Shown: positions 24,876 through 39,057, counted from the stretch's first letter. The stretch: 64,000 bases of DNA from Eledone cirrhosa (GCA_964016885.1 OZ024753.1:35402001-35466000); one strand, 5' to 3'. A program made the numbers and translations. Notes: generated by a model not told the origin, from the sequence alone.

Positions 24876-25669
24876 TATATATATATAAAATTAAGTATGT
24901 GTGTGTGTGTGTGTCTGTGTATTACCTATAGGGGCCTACATCTTACGACCGATTTTCATGAAATTTTACAGGCTCATAGATTAGTCATCGGAGAGTGTTT
25001 TCTATATATCAGCGTATCGGTTTTTTTTTATTCTGCAGATAAAAATCGATAGGGGGGTCACTTTTTTTAGGTACCGAAAAATAAGAGTTTTGGCTCTAGC
25101 TCCCACATTTTGCCACCGATTTCGTTCAAATTTTAAAGCAAAATAGAATTTATCATTGCACATCCTGTAATGGCTTTATATTTCGCATTTGTTGTTCAGA
25201 GACGGCGTGGCAGCCGCTTAAATATTCAAAAATACCACTTTTAGACTCAAATTTCCATTTTTTCGGCTCTAGCTCCCAAATTAATCAACCTACTTTGTTC
25301 AAATTTTACACTACGCTAGATCTGATTATTTCATGTCTTAAAGTGGCTTTAAATTTTGGATTTTTTGTTCAGGAACGGCGTGGCAGCCGCTTAAATATTC
25401 GAAAATACCACCTTTTCGCTAAAATTTCCTCCATTTCGGCTCTCGCTCCCACATTTTTCAACCGATTTCGTTCAAATTCAAAACTCCCTCCACCAGCATG
25501 CCCCTTCGTCAGTCACCCGCGTTTCTCAGTGTTAGAGGTCATCACCACCGTCCCCCGCATGGCCTGTGTGTGGCCATAGATGTCATCGAGAAGCAGTCGC
25601 TAAGATCAACACTTTCATCAAAGCAGATATCATTTTACCTACCCAGGAAACGCTGGGTACTGCTGCTAG
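24876..25669 (+). mobile_element. Non-autonomous Helitron
   Basis: 5' TATATATATAAAA then (TG)n; internal ~170-bp tandem units; 3' hairpin CCCAGGAAACGCTGGG (25642-25657), then CTAG, then T. Confidence 0.75.
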
Positions 25670-25862
25670 TACATAATATTTTTTATTGGAAAAAGTAAGA
25701 TATTTCTCCGCAAAAATTTGATTGCACTGTTTTGTTCCCACCTATGTATTTTTCTAAAATGTTATTTATTCATTATAAAAATTAAATTATAGCATTCTAT
25801 ATGTAGGTGGGCCCCCTTTATCTCCTGGCAACCAATATTTTTAGACTCAGTCCGCCACTGTG

Positions 25863-25921
<59 letters not shown>

Positions 25922-26007
25922 CATATGAGGCAAAATGGGGAGATTTTACATAATGGTTTCTTATGGTTTCTTATATTAAACTTATGGTTTCTTATGTGTG
26001 TACACCT

Positions 26008-26073
<66 letters not shown>

Positions 26074-26084
26074 ATATATATATA

Positions 26085-26190
26085 TGCCCGAAACGTCGTC
26101 CTCCACCTACCCCCCACTCTCCTGAGCGTGAAGCTAATAAACATTTGTCGTACTGCCTCTCTGTTCTGTCCCTGTTCAATTTTTTATTAT
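26085..26190 (+). mobile_element. Penelope-like P1 3' fragment in (TA)n
   Basis: TATGCCCGAAACGTCG...GTACTGCCTCTCTGTT..., the reverse complement of the 60560-60660 copy. Confidence 0.65.
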
Positions 26191-26546
26191 ATATATATAT
26201 ATATATTCACGCACACACATGTAGAACAAATGAAGTATTTTATCCAATAAGCAAAACAAAATAAAATACAAAAAGCCACACCCTCTCTTGAACACTTTAT
26301 CATTACATCTACGTTTCACGGACAAGATGGTTAAACTTTGCTACGAAAAACCATTTGTAAACACATTAACAGACTGTGACTTGTTATTAAGAACCAGAGT
26401 ACATTAAAAACCAACATAAATACAGTGTCTATATAATCTAGTCCCCCCTCTTCTAAACTGTTGACCTTGTGCCAATGTTAAAAAGAATTAATTTTACCAA
26501 GTTTTAGTCAACTTATTTCACCATTATTTTGTTTCATCTTCTATTG

Positions 26547-26769
26547 CAGACCTGCCAACCTCTAAACACCCAAACGGGGAATACCATGAACAAAAGTGCC
26601 CCCAAAACGGTGAAAAATGAGGCAAAATAGGGAGATTTTACATAATGGTTTCTTATATGAGATTTTACATAATGAAAGCTATACCCATTTTCACAAGAAA
26701 AGACATCTCTCACTCACCCCAAAGACTATTACAAATCTCCCCGTCGGACGGGGAGAGTTGACCGGTCTG
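26547..26769 (+). mobile_element. MITE with CAGACC TIRs and 6-bp TSD (hAT-like)
   Basis: TIR CAGACCTGCCAAC / GTTGACCGGTCTG; TSD CTATTG. Confidence 0.85.
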
Positions 26770-27134
26770 CTATTGTTTGTTTGCAGCCTCAATAAAATCT
26801 AGAAAGATCAATCAATTATTTGCCGATAGCATATGACTTTTTTTTCCTTTGGATTTGATAAGTAATGGAATTATGTAAGAAGTGTATAACACTTTTTTCT
26901 GCATTGATACCAATGAAAACAAACTTGACAAATGTGTATTTAATTATTTCTTTCTTTCCAGTTTTAGATAAGACATTCTACTGTTATTCTCTTGTCTATT
27001 GTTGGTTTATTATATGAAATAATATATTCCAGATTCCTATAACATCTCCTTTCTTTCTACTTCGTTACTTCTATTTTATTCTATATTTTTTTTTTGTATA
27101 ATTTTTATTTTTTGTCTTGCATTTTATTATATTT

Positions 27135-27177
<43 letters not shown>

Positions 27178-27692
27178 CCTTAAAAAAAACAAAGCGACGG
27201 CAACGAGACAACGATAGAGACCCCCCGTGATGTCATTAAATCTGTTGAGAAATAGTAGCTAAATCTCCTTCAAGTACTGGAATAAGACAAATTGTATGAT
27301 GTGGTTCCGTGTTTTCTGAATATAGGGAGAAAGATGGGCTGTTGTTGTTTTGGGGTTCGATGCCGTATAGTTCAAAGGTTAATGAGTTCGCTTCACAATC
27401 ATTAGGTCCCGAGTTCGAACTTTGGAAAATGTCATTTACAATAATTTCGAGTCAACCATTGCTTTGTGAGTGAAATTGTAGATGTGCAGACAGAAACTGT
27501 TTGGAAGCCCATCGTATTACAGGGCTTTACTTTTAATTCAAAAGGCCAGACTTGTCATCCCGCTGAATCTTCTTGGAAATTACCTTATGGGTACACGTGT
27601 CTGTGGATAGCTCAGTCACGTACTCATTAATGTCATCTAAGAAATATATCTATCTACTTCTCTGTATGTCTATACAGAGAGTTAGATAGATA

Positions 27693-27720
27693 TATTTCTT
27701 TATTTGCCACAAGGGCGCTT
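27693..27720 (-). mobile_element. Tx1-clade 3'-terminal stub (~28 bp)
   Basis: TAGATAGATA|TATTTCTTTATTTGCCACAAGGGCG; the right flank starts CAGAGA, matching the start of the 18 bp left of the junction (27675). Confidence 0.7.
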
Positions 27721-27721
27721 C

Positions 27722-27818
<97 letters not shown>

Positions 27819-28182
27819 GGGAATATGTCATTGTGAGAAATTGTAAATATTCTTAAAGGAAATATTTAAGTGTCAACAGTGAGGAAACAGGACAGAAGAG
27901 TTGGTCCACTTCGGAAATTGTTGTGAAATACTTCAGAGTGCGGACGTCCATCCTCCACAACCTACCAATTTCCTTCAGTAATTTAGTCTCAAGAATGGTG
28001 AACTTTGAATTTCACTGAGAAAATATATACACACACACACGCGTACAAACACACAATAGACATTATTCACAGCGCATACGCACACACACATACAGCGTAC
28101 ACACACAAACAAACATATACACTCAAAGATCTACCTTCAAATACACCTACACTATTCAGTATTTTACTTAATACACTTTATT

Positions 28183-28243
<61 letters not shown>

Positions 28244-28429
28244 ATTGGTGTGGGATGCTTAAAGCGTCCGTATGCGGTAGGCCGTTTGAGCACTCTGCTT
28301 CGAAGAATCGAGATGTATCTGAGGATCTTGCGATTTCAGAGTCGGGTTCGATGAACAACAGGGAGTACAGTTACGAAAGGTGTTAGATATTAGGTTCACG
28401 CTTGAGAGTGGGGTGGGTGGGTGGGGGAC

Positions 28430-28457
28430 GACGTTTCGGGCATAAGCCCTTCATCAG
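28430..28457 (-). ncRNA. Minimal hammerhead motif, Penelope-like P1
   Basis: Minus strand CTGATGA-A-GGGC-TTAT-GCCC-GAAAC-GTC with intact core. Confidence 0.75.
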
Positions 28458-28561
28458 GAGAATGGTGGGAAGGAGAGGAGTTTCGAGAGGGTGTGTGGGA
28501 GGGGTGGTGGTGGTGGTAGAAAAGCATTAAAATAACATAAAAGAAAATATATGTCTCTGTA

Positions 28562-28616
<55 letters not shown>

Positions 28617-28953
28617 GGTGTGCGTATAAACATAGCTATATATGAGCATATTTGTACATATATTTATAAATAAATGCTCAACAAGATTCTTTCCGTTGTT
28701 TTTGTTTTCCCGTTCGTTTCTCAACTCTTAAAGGAAATTCCTTTATATTTTCACTTCCAGGGGAATAATCTCTGCAATACATTCCATATTTCCAGTTGAC
28801 ATTGTTTCTAACACCTACCATAATAAGGAAGGACATTCCAAAAAAAATCACCGTCTTCATCCTGTATTATTAATATGACTATCACATCCAGTGGCCGACA
28901 TCAAATGTCTCAAGAATTTCTTTAATGCGGAAAAGGCAACAGTTTGATGTATG

Positions 28954-29113
<160 letters not shown>

Positions 29114-29263
29114 AATATATATATATATATAAATATATATATATATAAATATATATAAATATATATATATATATATAAATATGCTCTACGGTTCTTATAT
29201 ATTTGATATATATTTATCCTTATCGAGCCCTCTTTGGATTTTAGTCTTCAAATTTATTATTAT

Positions 29264-29365
<102 letters not shown>

Positions 29366-29388
29366 ATTTATATATTTATATATATATT

Positions 29389-29943
29389 TACATATATATA
29401 TATGTGTGCATGTATGTATATATATATACATACTACTGTACGGCTGTATACATATATGTATGTACGTATACATACTTATATTTAAGTAAAAGCCGTACTA
29501 AGAGTGGGAAATGAAATTTCGTTTCATTTTTTCCGTTTATCGTTTTCGGTGCACCCGGCCGATTAACCCACTCGATATGCAAATTGGGCTACTCAGCCGT
29601 TAATATGCATATACGTTCAACAATCTGGCAGGAAGGTATACGTTGCTGACGATAGCTAATAAGCTTGAAACTAGTACAGCATTCCTTTGTCAGTGTTGAA
29701 CAAACGAGCAACGATGGTTGCTAGACACTACGGCTTAATACGGGATGTTTGTTTACAAACACACTGAGCATTATAATAAATGTTCGGTGAATCCATACGT
29801 ACATATATATATGTGTGCATGTATGTATATATATATACATACTACTGTACGTCTGTATACATATATGTATGTACGTATACATACTTATATTTAAGTAACA
29901 GCCGTACTAAGAGTGGGAAATGAAATTTCGTTTCATTTTTTCC

Positions 29944-29949
<6 letters not shown>
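29389..29949 (+). mobile_element. Penelope-like element with ~150-bp terminal direct repeats (pLTR-like)
   Basis: 29389-29540 is nearly identical to 29800-29949; internal hammerhead; embedded in (TA)n. Confidence 0.65.
29642..29680 (+). ncRNA. Minimal type I hammerhead ribozyme with complete core
   Basis: Stem I GTTG/CAGC; CTGACGA; stem II AGCT-AATA-AGCT; GAAAC; palindromic stem III ACTAGT; GTA cleavage triplet. Confidence 0.75.
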
Positions 29950-30033
<84 letters not shown>

Positions 30034-30528
30034 AATATATTTATATATATATAAATATATATATATTTATATATATTAATATATTTATATATATATAAAT
30101 ATATATATATATATGTATACATATATATATATTAATATATTTATATATACATAAATATATATATATTTATATATATATATATATATTTATATATATTTAT
30201 ATATATATATTTATATATATTTATATATATATATATAAATATATATATACATAAATATATATATATATATTTATATATATTTATATATATATATATATAA
30301 ATATATATATACATAAATATATATATATATATTTATATATATTTATATATATATATATAAATATATATATACATAAATATATATATATATATTTATATAT
30401 ATATATATATATTATATATATATATATAAATATATATCTATATATACATAAATATATATATATTTATATATATTTATATATATATAAATATATATATATA
30501 TACATAAATATATATATATATATTTATG

Positions 30529-30561
<33 letters not shown>

Positions 30562-30571
30562 ATATACATAA

Positions 30572-30602
<31 letters not shown>

Positions 30603-30652
30603 AATATATATATATATATACATAAATATATATATATATATTTATATATATT

Positions 30653-30686
<34 letters not shown>

Positions 30687-30814
30687 CATAAATATATATA
30701 TATATATTTATATATATATAAATTTATATATATATAAATATATATATATATACTTATATATATTTATATATATTTATATATATATATATATTTATGTATA
30801 TATATATATATATT

Positions 30815-30863
<49 letters not shown>

Positions 30864-30936
30864 GTATATATATATATATTTATATATATATATTTATATA
30901 TATATAAATATATATAAATATATATATATATTTATG

Positions 30937-31011
<75 letters not shown>

Positions 31012-31035
31012 TTATATATATATAGATATATATAT
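29950..31035. repeat. AT-only low-complexity microsatellite field
   Basis: Directly visible. Confidence 0.95.
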
Positions 31036-31174
31036 AGAGAGAGAGAGAAATTTTTGTGTGGGTTTTTGTGCTTTTTGAGTTCTTACGCATACACGTATGT
31101 GTATGTAAAGCAAAACAGCACACACACACGCATATATGTACATATATATACTCACATAAACGCACGCATATATG

Positions 31175-31209
<35 letters not shown>

Positions 31210-31229
31210 CTTTATAATGACCATATATG

Positions 31230-31298
<69 letters not shown>

Positions 31299-31584
31299 CT
31301 TGGTATCTTTATATACATTTTTTTCTTCTAACTTTAATTTTATACCTAACTTGTGTATGGTTGACGATATATTTAATCGATTTCCACGTGCTATTGAAAT
31401 GCTGGGTAAATATTCTATAGCTGTTGATCGCGAATAGATGGCTGTTGTTTATTTATCTATTATTTCTTCATAGGTACCTTTTAATCTTATAGCCTGGTTT
31501 AATTGGTTTTATGTGTGGTTGATTATGCTGATTGAGGAGGAGATGGTGTATATATCTTATCAAATGATTCTATGGACATACTTT

Positions 31585-31635
<51 letters not shown>

Positions 31636-31904
31636 CGTTTCTGAATTTGTTTAGCAATATGGCATAGGACAGAACAAAGGAGAGGCACAAAAACAAAGAA
31701 AAGAATCCCCAGTCACTGAAGAGGTCACAGAATGTGTGACGAAAGAACTTTGACAATATATAAACAATTATCTGGTTGTGGAACCAACCAACCAACCGGA
31801 AATTTATAAATTCCTAAATTTATAAATTTATTATAATAAATTGAAGTGAAAGTTACTGGTGCGTGTGTTTCTTATTGGCAACATGACCCTCCCAAAGTAT
31901 AACA

Positions 31905-31937
<33 letters not shown>

Positions 31938-32156
31938 TATATATATATAAATACATATATGTGTGTGTGTGTGTGTGTGAGAGAAAGTGAAAGTAGGAAA
32001 GTGGAACGCAATAAGAGTATGTGCATGTATATACATATATATGTGTGTGTGTTTTCTATGCATTTACAACTTAAATACATATATGCCTATACACTGACAA
32101 GCGTACATAATAGAACCACATACACACAGAATTCCACACACACTCAAACACACACG

Positions 32157-32237
<81 letters not shown>

Positions 32238-32373
32238 ACACACGGCTAAGAAGAAAGCGATAACAACCCTTCCATTCCACCGACTTCGTTAAAAACATTC
32301 ACATAGTTTAGTAGATAAAATATGTTTGGTCTGTTTCTTGTCTTTTACGTTTGTAGATAGTCTTCCTTCTTGA

Positions 32374-32625
32374 ACAGTTACAACAACAACAACTACAACA
32401 GTAATAACAACTATAGCCACAACAGTAATAACAACAACAGTAATAACAACTATAGCCACAACAGTAATAACAACAACAGTAATAACAACTATAGCCACAA
32501 CAGTAATAACAACAACAGTAATAACAACTATAGCCACAACAGTAATAACAACAACAGTAATAACAACTATAGCCACAACAGTAATAACAACTATAGCCAT
32601 AACAGTAATAACAACAACCGTAATA
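32374..32625. repeat. AAC-based minisatellite
   Basis: Repeated AACAGTAATAACAAC(TATAGCCAC) units. Confidence 0.9.
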
Positions 32626-32858
32626 ACATTATAGACCAGAATACATAAGCAATCTTTATTAAGCTGTGCTTTTAAGTAAATAAATATTATCATATATATA
32701 TATATGTGAATGGAATTATATTATAAAACCAATTCGCACGCCACTGCCATAAAAGAAACTCAAGGGCCGACAAGATGGAAAAGACATTGTCAGAGAGAGA
32801 GAGAGAGAGAGAGAGAGAAGCCACTGTACTTTATTTATCGACCTTGAAATAATGTCCC

Positions 32859-33033
32859 CAGTGCCGGATTTAGGACAAATGAGGCCCTATGCTAGTTAAG
32901 TTATGAGGCCCCTTACTTGGGCCTTAAAGGGGGTAATTCATCGTAAAATATTTGGGGGATAGGAAGAAGATCCCTCCTGGCTAATGGGCCCTGTGCTTAA
33001 GCACACCTAAGAACAATGGTAGATTCTGCATTG
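32859..33033. mobile_element. hAT-type MITE with 8-bp TSD
   Basis: Ends CAGTGCCGGATTTA / TAGATTCTGCATTG; TSD AATGTCCC / ATTGTCCC. Confidence 0.7.
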
Positions 33034-34054
33034 ATTGTCCCTCAAATTTTGAGGCATTGAGCCTATTTAAAAATTCCAACAAAATAAACAATATTTTGTG
33101 AGAAAGATTTTTTTAATAACTGTAGTTTTAAATAATTTAATTCTCATTTTTAATTAACGCTGAATACCTCTTTTATCCTCTCTCATCTCATTTTCACCCC
33201 CCTTCGTACTTTTCGCATTTTACTTTCATCATCTAACTTCTAAAGCACGTATAGAATTACACAGTTTCTATTCAGCTCAGCATCTTAATGAAATAATTAA
33301 TCACGTGACGAACTAATCCACCAATCAGATTTCGCGTATCACAATACTCCATCATTTCCGCTTCAGATTTCTTGTATACGGACTTTCTCATATTCGTCCA
33401 CATTCTTGGGCGAATGTTCACTCGGCAGCAGATGGGCTCAGCAATACACGTTTATCATCATCATCATCATCATCATCATCATCGTCATTATTATTATTAT
33501 TATTTTATTTGTCTATTTATTTGTTATATATATATATATATATATTTACCTGTTAACTTCTACAGTGACGTCAGCAACGACACTGAGTCACACAGGTTTG
33601 ATGAGAAATGTGGGAATGGTAAGCTTGTTTATAAGTACGGTATATATAGTATGTATCTAGAACTTTCTGAAGATGTGTCAGGCAGTTCTTGTCAGTTGGC
33701 GATAAACAACAGATGAGATTTGAAGAAAGAACCCCCCCCCCCCCGTAAAAAAAAAGAACCCAACAAAGTTTTATATAGGAAGCCAAAAAGAATGCTATAT
33801 ACCGCTAGCAGGGAATGCTGCTGCTTTGAAGCCAATTTCGACTCTTCTTTCTTCGTTGCCACATTTTCCATGCGCCTCCACATCTTGCCCACCCACCCCA
33901 CACACCCTCCACAGCATCTCCCATTTACTTGACTCCTCTTCCTGCCACTCTATCTTCTACAATTGCTTCTATTTCTATCATTAACACTACAAATGTTTGT
34001 CGGTTGCGGTGATATAGAGGAAGAGACACGCTCGCACACGCATATATACATACA

Positions 34055-34240
34055 ATTGTTTCTACTTTAGGCACAAGGCCAGCAATTACCTAGTGCATTA
34101 CTGGTACTTTATTTTATCGACCCCGTAAGGATGAAAGGCAAAGTCAACCTCGGCGGGATTTGAACTCAGATCGTAAAGGGACGTAACTATGCTGGAAAGC
34201 ATGGCGTCCGACCCTCTACCGATACTGCCAATCCACCGCC
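34055..34240 (-). mobile_element. Full-length SINE S1
   Basis: Reverse complement of the S1 consensus with A and B boxes. Confidence 0.9.
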
Positions 34241-34401
34241 TATATACATATAATAAGGGTGGATGTGAAGACATATACGATATGTTTATGCATAATAAAC
34301 ATACAAGAATCTTGCTATGAATAATTTTAAGCTATGATCATGTCACACCTTAAAATATCCATAGCGAGACTCTTGTATGTTTGTATGAGTGTGTGTGTGT
34401 G

Positions 34402-34489
<88 letters not shown>

Positions 34490-34650
34490 TAGGAAAAGAG
34501 TCAGCTAGATCCGAACTGATCTAGCTGTCGAAACGGCCGGAGCTCAGCCGTCGGTGTCCTGACTCTTTTCCTATTACCCACTCTACTACCCTAAGTATCG
34601 AGTACTCTAGTGCGTTATGGTCCACCTGGTATCTTACCACACCCTTTTTT
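34490..34650 (+). mobile_element. Penelope-like P2 copy with a short 5' inversion
   Basis: AGGAAAAGAGTCAG...CTGACTCTTTTCCT inverted; hammerhead 3' half GAAACGGC..GCCGTC; (TA)n flank. Confidence 0.65.
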
Positions 34651-35834
34651 TAAAATATATATATACATATATCCGTGTGTAGTTGACGGACGAGAGAAAA
34701 GAGTACTCAATACCGAAGTAGAGCTTCAATATTCCTTTATTATGGCTCAGTAGTGAGTCTTGATACTGTGGAGTTTCACCTGCACACTCGCAGGATAATC
34801 ATATACATACTTTTGAATGTGTGTGTGTGTGAATTATGTGTGTGTACGCATGTGTGTGCATGTGTGTGTATTATGTGTGTGTGTTTGTATTATGTGTGTG
34901 TACGCATGTGTGTGTGTGTGTGTGTGTGTGTATTATGTGTGTACGCATGTGTGTGTGTATTATGTGTGTGTGTGTGTGTGTGTATTATGTGTGTGTACGC
35001 ATGTGTGTGTGTGTGTGTGTGTGTGTACGCATGTGTGTGTGCGTGTGTGTGCATTATGTGTGTGTACGCATGTGTGTGTGTGTGTGTGTGGGACCATGAG
35101 GATTTGTTTAGTTTTCACCAAAGTAATGCTAAACCATTTTCTATTTATTCTAAGAATCTTATAGTTCCAAGAATTATCTCTCTTTCGCACACACACACAC
35201 AAGCATAAACACACTCATACACACACACACACATATACACACCACATATATACTCAGACACACCACAGATACACACACAAGCATAGACACACTCATACAC
35301 ACCAAACACACACACACGCCACATATATTAGTAACTAAATTAATATCATATCTAAGTCATATTTATCAGCTCTCTAAAACTATTCCCTCCTCCACCCCTC
35401 TCTTCCCCCTCTCTCTTTATCTATCTTCCCCTCTTTCTCTCTCCCTTTCTTTATCTACCTTTACCTCTCTTCCCCCTCTCTTTCATTACCTTTTCCTCTC
35501 TCCCCCTCTCCCTCCGTTTATCCTTTCCTCCTCCCTAACTTTCTTCCCCTCTTTCTCTCCCTTTATCTACCTTTTCCTCTCTCCCCCTCTCCCTCCGTTT
35601 ACCTACCCTTCCCTCCATCTCCCTTTATCCTTTCCTCCCTTCCTCCCCCTCCCTCCATTTATCTACCCTTTCCTTTCCCTCCTCTCTCCTTATATTTACC
35701 TGTTTCCCCCTTAAACATTTATATAGATAATTAAACACAGGTTCTTACACTCAGCTACCTCTACATATACTGCACACATGTACTACTGTTCTGAAAACCA
35801 TATAGGAGCTATCAACCACCATCCCACCATCTCT

Positions 35835-35886
<52 letters not shown>

Positions 35887-36684
35887 AGTAAAAAGGAAAA
35901 GAAAATGCTGACAAATTTTTCCCAGTGAAAAATAGTTTAATTAGGAATAAGTATAAATTAGTAATAAGTATTAGTTAGTATATTAGTATATATAAATTAG
36001 TAATAAATATATAAATAATAATAAATTAGTATATTAGTATATATAAATTAGTAATAAGTATTAGTTAGTATATTAGTATATATAAATTAGTAATAAGTAT
36101 TAGTAATAAGTATTAGTTAGTAATAAGTATTAGTTAGTATTCAGTTTTAGTTTTGAGTTTTTACCGGTTGCGCATTTCTAATGCTTTTCAAAATTAATTT
36201 TGAGATAGAGTGCTCGTGATTTTTGCTCTAATCTCTAATATATATATATGGTGCCCCAGCATGGCCTCAGCCGGATGGCTGGAATAAATAAAAGAGTTAA
36301 AAGATATATATATATATTATATATCCTTCGTTCTATTTATCCTTCTCTTTCCTTCTCTCGCCCTCTCTTCCTTACGCTCTTTCTCTCCCTCGCTCCCATC
36401 ACTATGTATTTCTCTCCTCTCTCTCTCCTCTCACCCAACTTCTCTTCCAGCTTCTCACTCCCCCTCTCTTTCTGTTTCACTCTCCCTCCCCCACCCTCTC
36501 TTTCTGTTCCCCTCTCTCTCCCACCTTCTTTTTCAGTTTCACTCTCCCTCTCCCACCCTCTCTTTCTGTTCCCCTCTCTCTCCCACCCTCTCTCTCTCTC
36601 CAGAAAATATATTCCTACATGTAGACAGACCTATTCTTGGGTGCACACACATTCACACATGCAGATTCAACATGCATGTTGTGA

Positions 36685-36731
<47 letters not shown>

Positions 36732-36912
36732 CGCATGTGCATATACACACACATTCACACACGCACAGTCACACTCACCTTCACATATGTGAACATTAAC
36801 ACATACAGACACACTTCAACTGAAATTTGTTCCACTTCAGTGGAATCCAGTTGAGTCTGAACATTAAATCCCCGATAGTGATATAAACACACACACACAT
36901 ACATATACATAT

Positions 36913-36944
<32 letters not shown>

Positions 36945-36947
<3 letters not shown>

Positions 36948-37141
36948 GGAACGAGTAGGACCCCGACGGCTGAGCTCAAGCCGTTTCGACGGCTAATTCT
37001 GGACTAAATCAATTAGCCGTCGAAACGGCTTGAGCTCAGCCGTCGGGGTCCTACTTGTTCCTATTACCCACTCTACTACCCTAAGTATTGAGTACTTTGG
37101 CGCGTTATGGTCCACCTGGTTCCTTACCACATTTCCTTCGT

Positions 37142-37142
<1 letters not shown>
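36945..37142 (+). mobile_element. Penelope-like P2 copy with a 54-bp fold-back
   Basis: Arms 36945-36998 / 37011-37064 with one mismatch; (TA)n on both sides. Confidence 0.7.
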
Positions 37143-37189
<47 letters not shown>

Positions 37190-37320
37190 ATAGAGAGAGT
37201 GTCAGCAGTGTTGAGACCGGGGAACCATTGATCATGGGAGTGCTCAATGAATGGGGAGATGTAGAGTGGCGCTGTGGTCAGGATTTTACCTCTCTCTCTC
37301 TCGCTCTCTCTCTCTCATAT

Positions 37321-37367
<47 letters not shown>

Positions 37368-37893
37368 TATATACACTTATAAACATAGATGTGTGTGTGT
37401 GTGTGTGTGACAGAAAGAGAAAGAAAAATGGTTGGATTTCATTTATCTTCTCTGATTCGCCGCTTCTAATATCATCACCATCATTAAATGAATACACCCC
37501 CTCCCACTCCCTCATATACACACTCCCACATTCTCACACACATACACACTCCCACATTCTCACACACACATACACACTCCCACACACGCATACACCACAC
37601 TCCCACATCCTCACACACATACACACTCCCATATTTTCACACACACATACACACTCCCACATTCTCGCACACATACACACTCCCACATTCTCACACACAC
37701 ATACACACTCCCACATTCTCACACACATAGTTACTCCCACTCTCACATATACACACACCTATGTATATACACACCCACGGGAATCCAGGCGTGAATATGG
37801 ATCCGAGTACTTAGATATTTGTAAAGGTGGATGGTTAGATAGGTAGACATATAGACAGCTGTGTGGATAAATAGATAGATAGATAGATAGATA

Positions 37894-38474
37894 TGTTTCT
37901 TTATTAGCCACAGGGGCACGAAAGAAGGGAACAAGTACAAAGGGGGAAGTTTACATACAATAAAAACGTGTAAAATGTTATCACAAATGCAATTTATAAA
38001 ATTAGTCGATTTTCCCCAATAGGGGGAGACAGTTCATATGGGTAACACATACCCCCGAAAAAATGTGCAACCCTCATCTCCAGGAGTACGAAGAGTTTGT
38101 ACTCCTTTCCTCTCCTCCTCCTTAACCTACAGGCTGATATAGAGAGAAGGCCCATTCACTCGAGCCATTCTCGCCACTTTCACCCACCTTTCATAAAACT
38201 TGCTGGGGTACAGCACCTCTCTCTCCACCTGACTCTTCTTCTAAAGTGGTATTTGAAAAAAAGAATCAGTTGTTGGCCGGAGAGAAAGGGTGTCTGACCT
38301 CAGCCCTTTCAACCTTGTCCACCATACAACCTCTTTCGCCATAGCTATCACACAAAGGAAAACCGCCTCTCCTTCGTTTTTGAAGGAGGGTGGCGGTTTG
38401 ATCATGACAATGGACTCGGTGGTCAACCGGATTGGTCCCACCCGCGACAATAGTCGTTCTACATAGCTCCACAG
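37894..38474 (-). mobile_element. Tx1-clade LINE, 5'-truncated copy of subfamily C
   Basis: ORF 38241-38450 (SRVGPIRLTTESIVMIKPPP...) is homologous to ORF2, with frameshifts; distinct 3'UTR; (GATA)n on both sides. Confidence 0.9.
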
Positions 38475-38480
38475 TAGATG

Positions 38481-38519
<39 letters not shown>

Positions 38520-38635
38520 CGATAGATAGATAGATCGATAGCTGGTTAGAAGATAGATAGATATATAGAAAGATAGATAGCTTGGTGGATAGAAAGCCGG
38601 GTGGATAGATGGATAGTTAGATAGAAAGATAGATA

Positions 38636-38676
38636 TATTTCTTTATTTGCCACAGGGGCACAAAAGATGGGGACAA
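38636..38676 (-). mobile_element. Tx1-clade 3' stub (older)
   Basis: GATAGATA|TATTTCTTTATTTGCCACAGGGGCACAAAAGATGGGGACAA. Confidence 0.8.
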
Positions 38677-38684
38677 GATAGATA

Positions 38685-38812
38685 AGTTTCTTTTTATTTG
38701 CCACCAGGGCATCAAAGAGTGGGACAAGTACAATGGGGGGAGTTTACATAAAAAGGCGTCCTCACTAAGGAGGAGGCAATAACAAAATATAAAAATATAA
38801 AATATAACAAAA
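38685..38812 (-). mobile_element. Tx1-clade subfamily A 3' stub (younger), 16-bp TSD
   Basis: TSD GGGGACAAGATAGATA at 38669-38684 and 38813-38828. Confidence 0.85.
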
Positions 38813-39027
38813 GGGGACAAGATAGATAGCCGGGTGGATAGATGGATAGGGGTGTTAGATCAAGGGAGGGTACGTAGAAAGAACAGTTGTTATAGAAGAG
38901 GTCGTCAGCATTGGGAAAAATAATAATGAACAAAAAAAATAATAATTCAATAAATAAATTAAAATAACAACAATAATAACAACAATAATAATAATAAATC
39001 ATAAAAAAGAGAGGCAGTCGACATAGG

Positions 39028-39057
39028 TTAGGGTTAGGGTTAGGGTTAGGGTTAGGG
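39028..39057 (+). repeat. Interstitial telomere-type (TTAGGG)5
   Basis: Five perfect TTAGGG units. Confidence 0.85.

Noticed and set aside
33692-33901. Possible coding exon MENVATKKEESKLASKQQHSLLA on the minus strand
   Set aside because: Short, no recognisable domain, and only a weak donor site; cannot be supported without transcripts
34297-34382. ~35-bp-arm imperfect hairpin (pre-miRNA-like)
   Set aside because: AT-rich, beside microsatellites and SINEs in a window full of TE-derived fold-backs; no independent support for a miRNA
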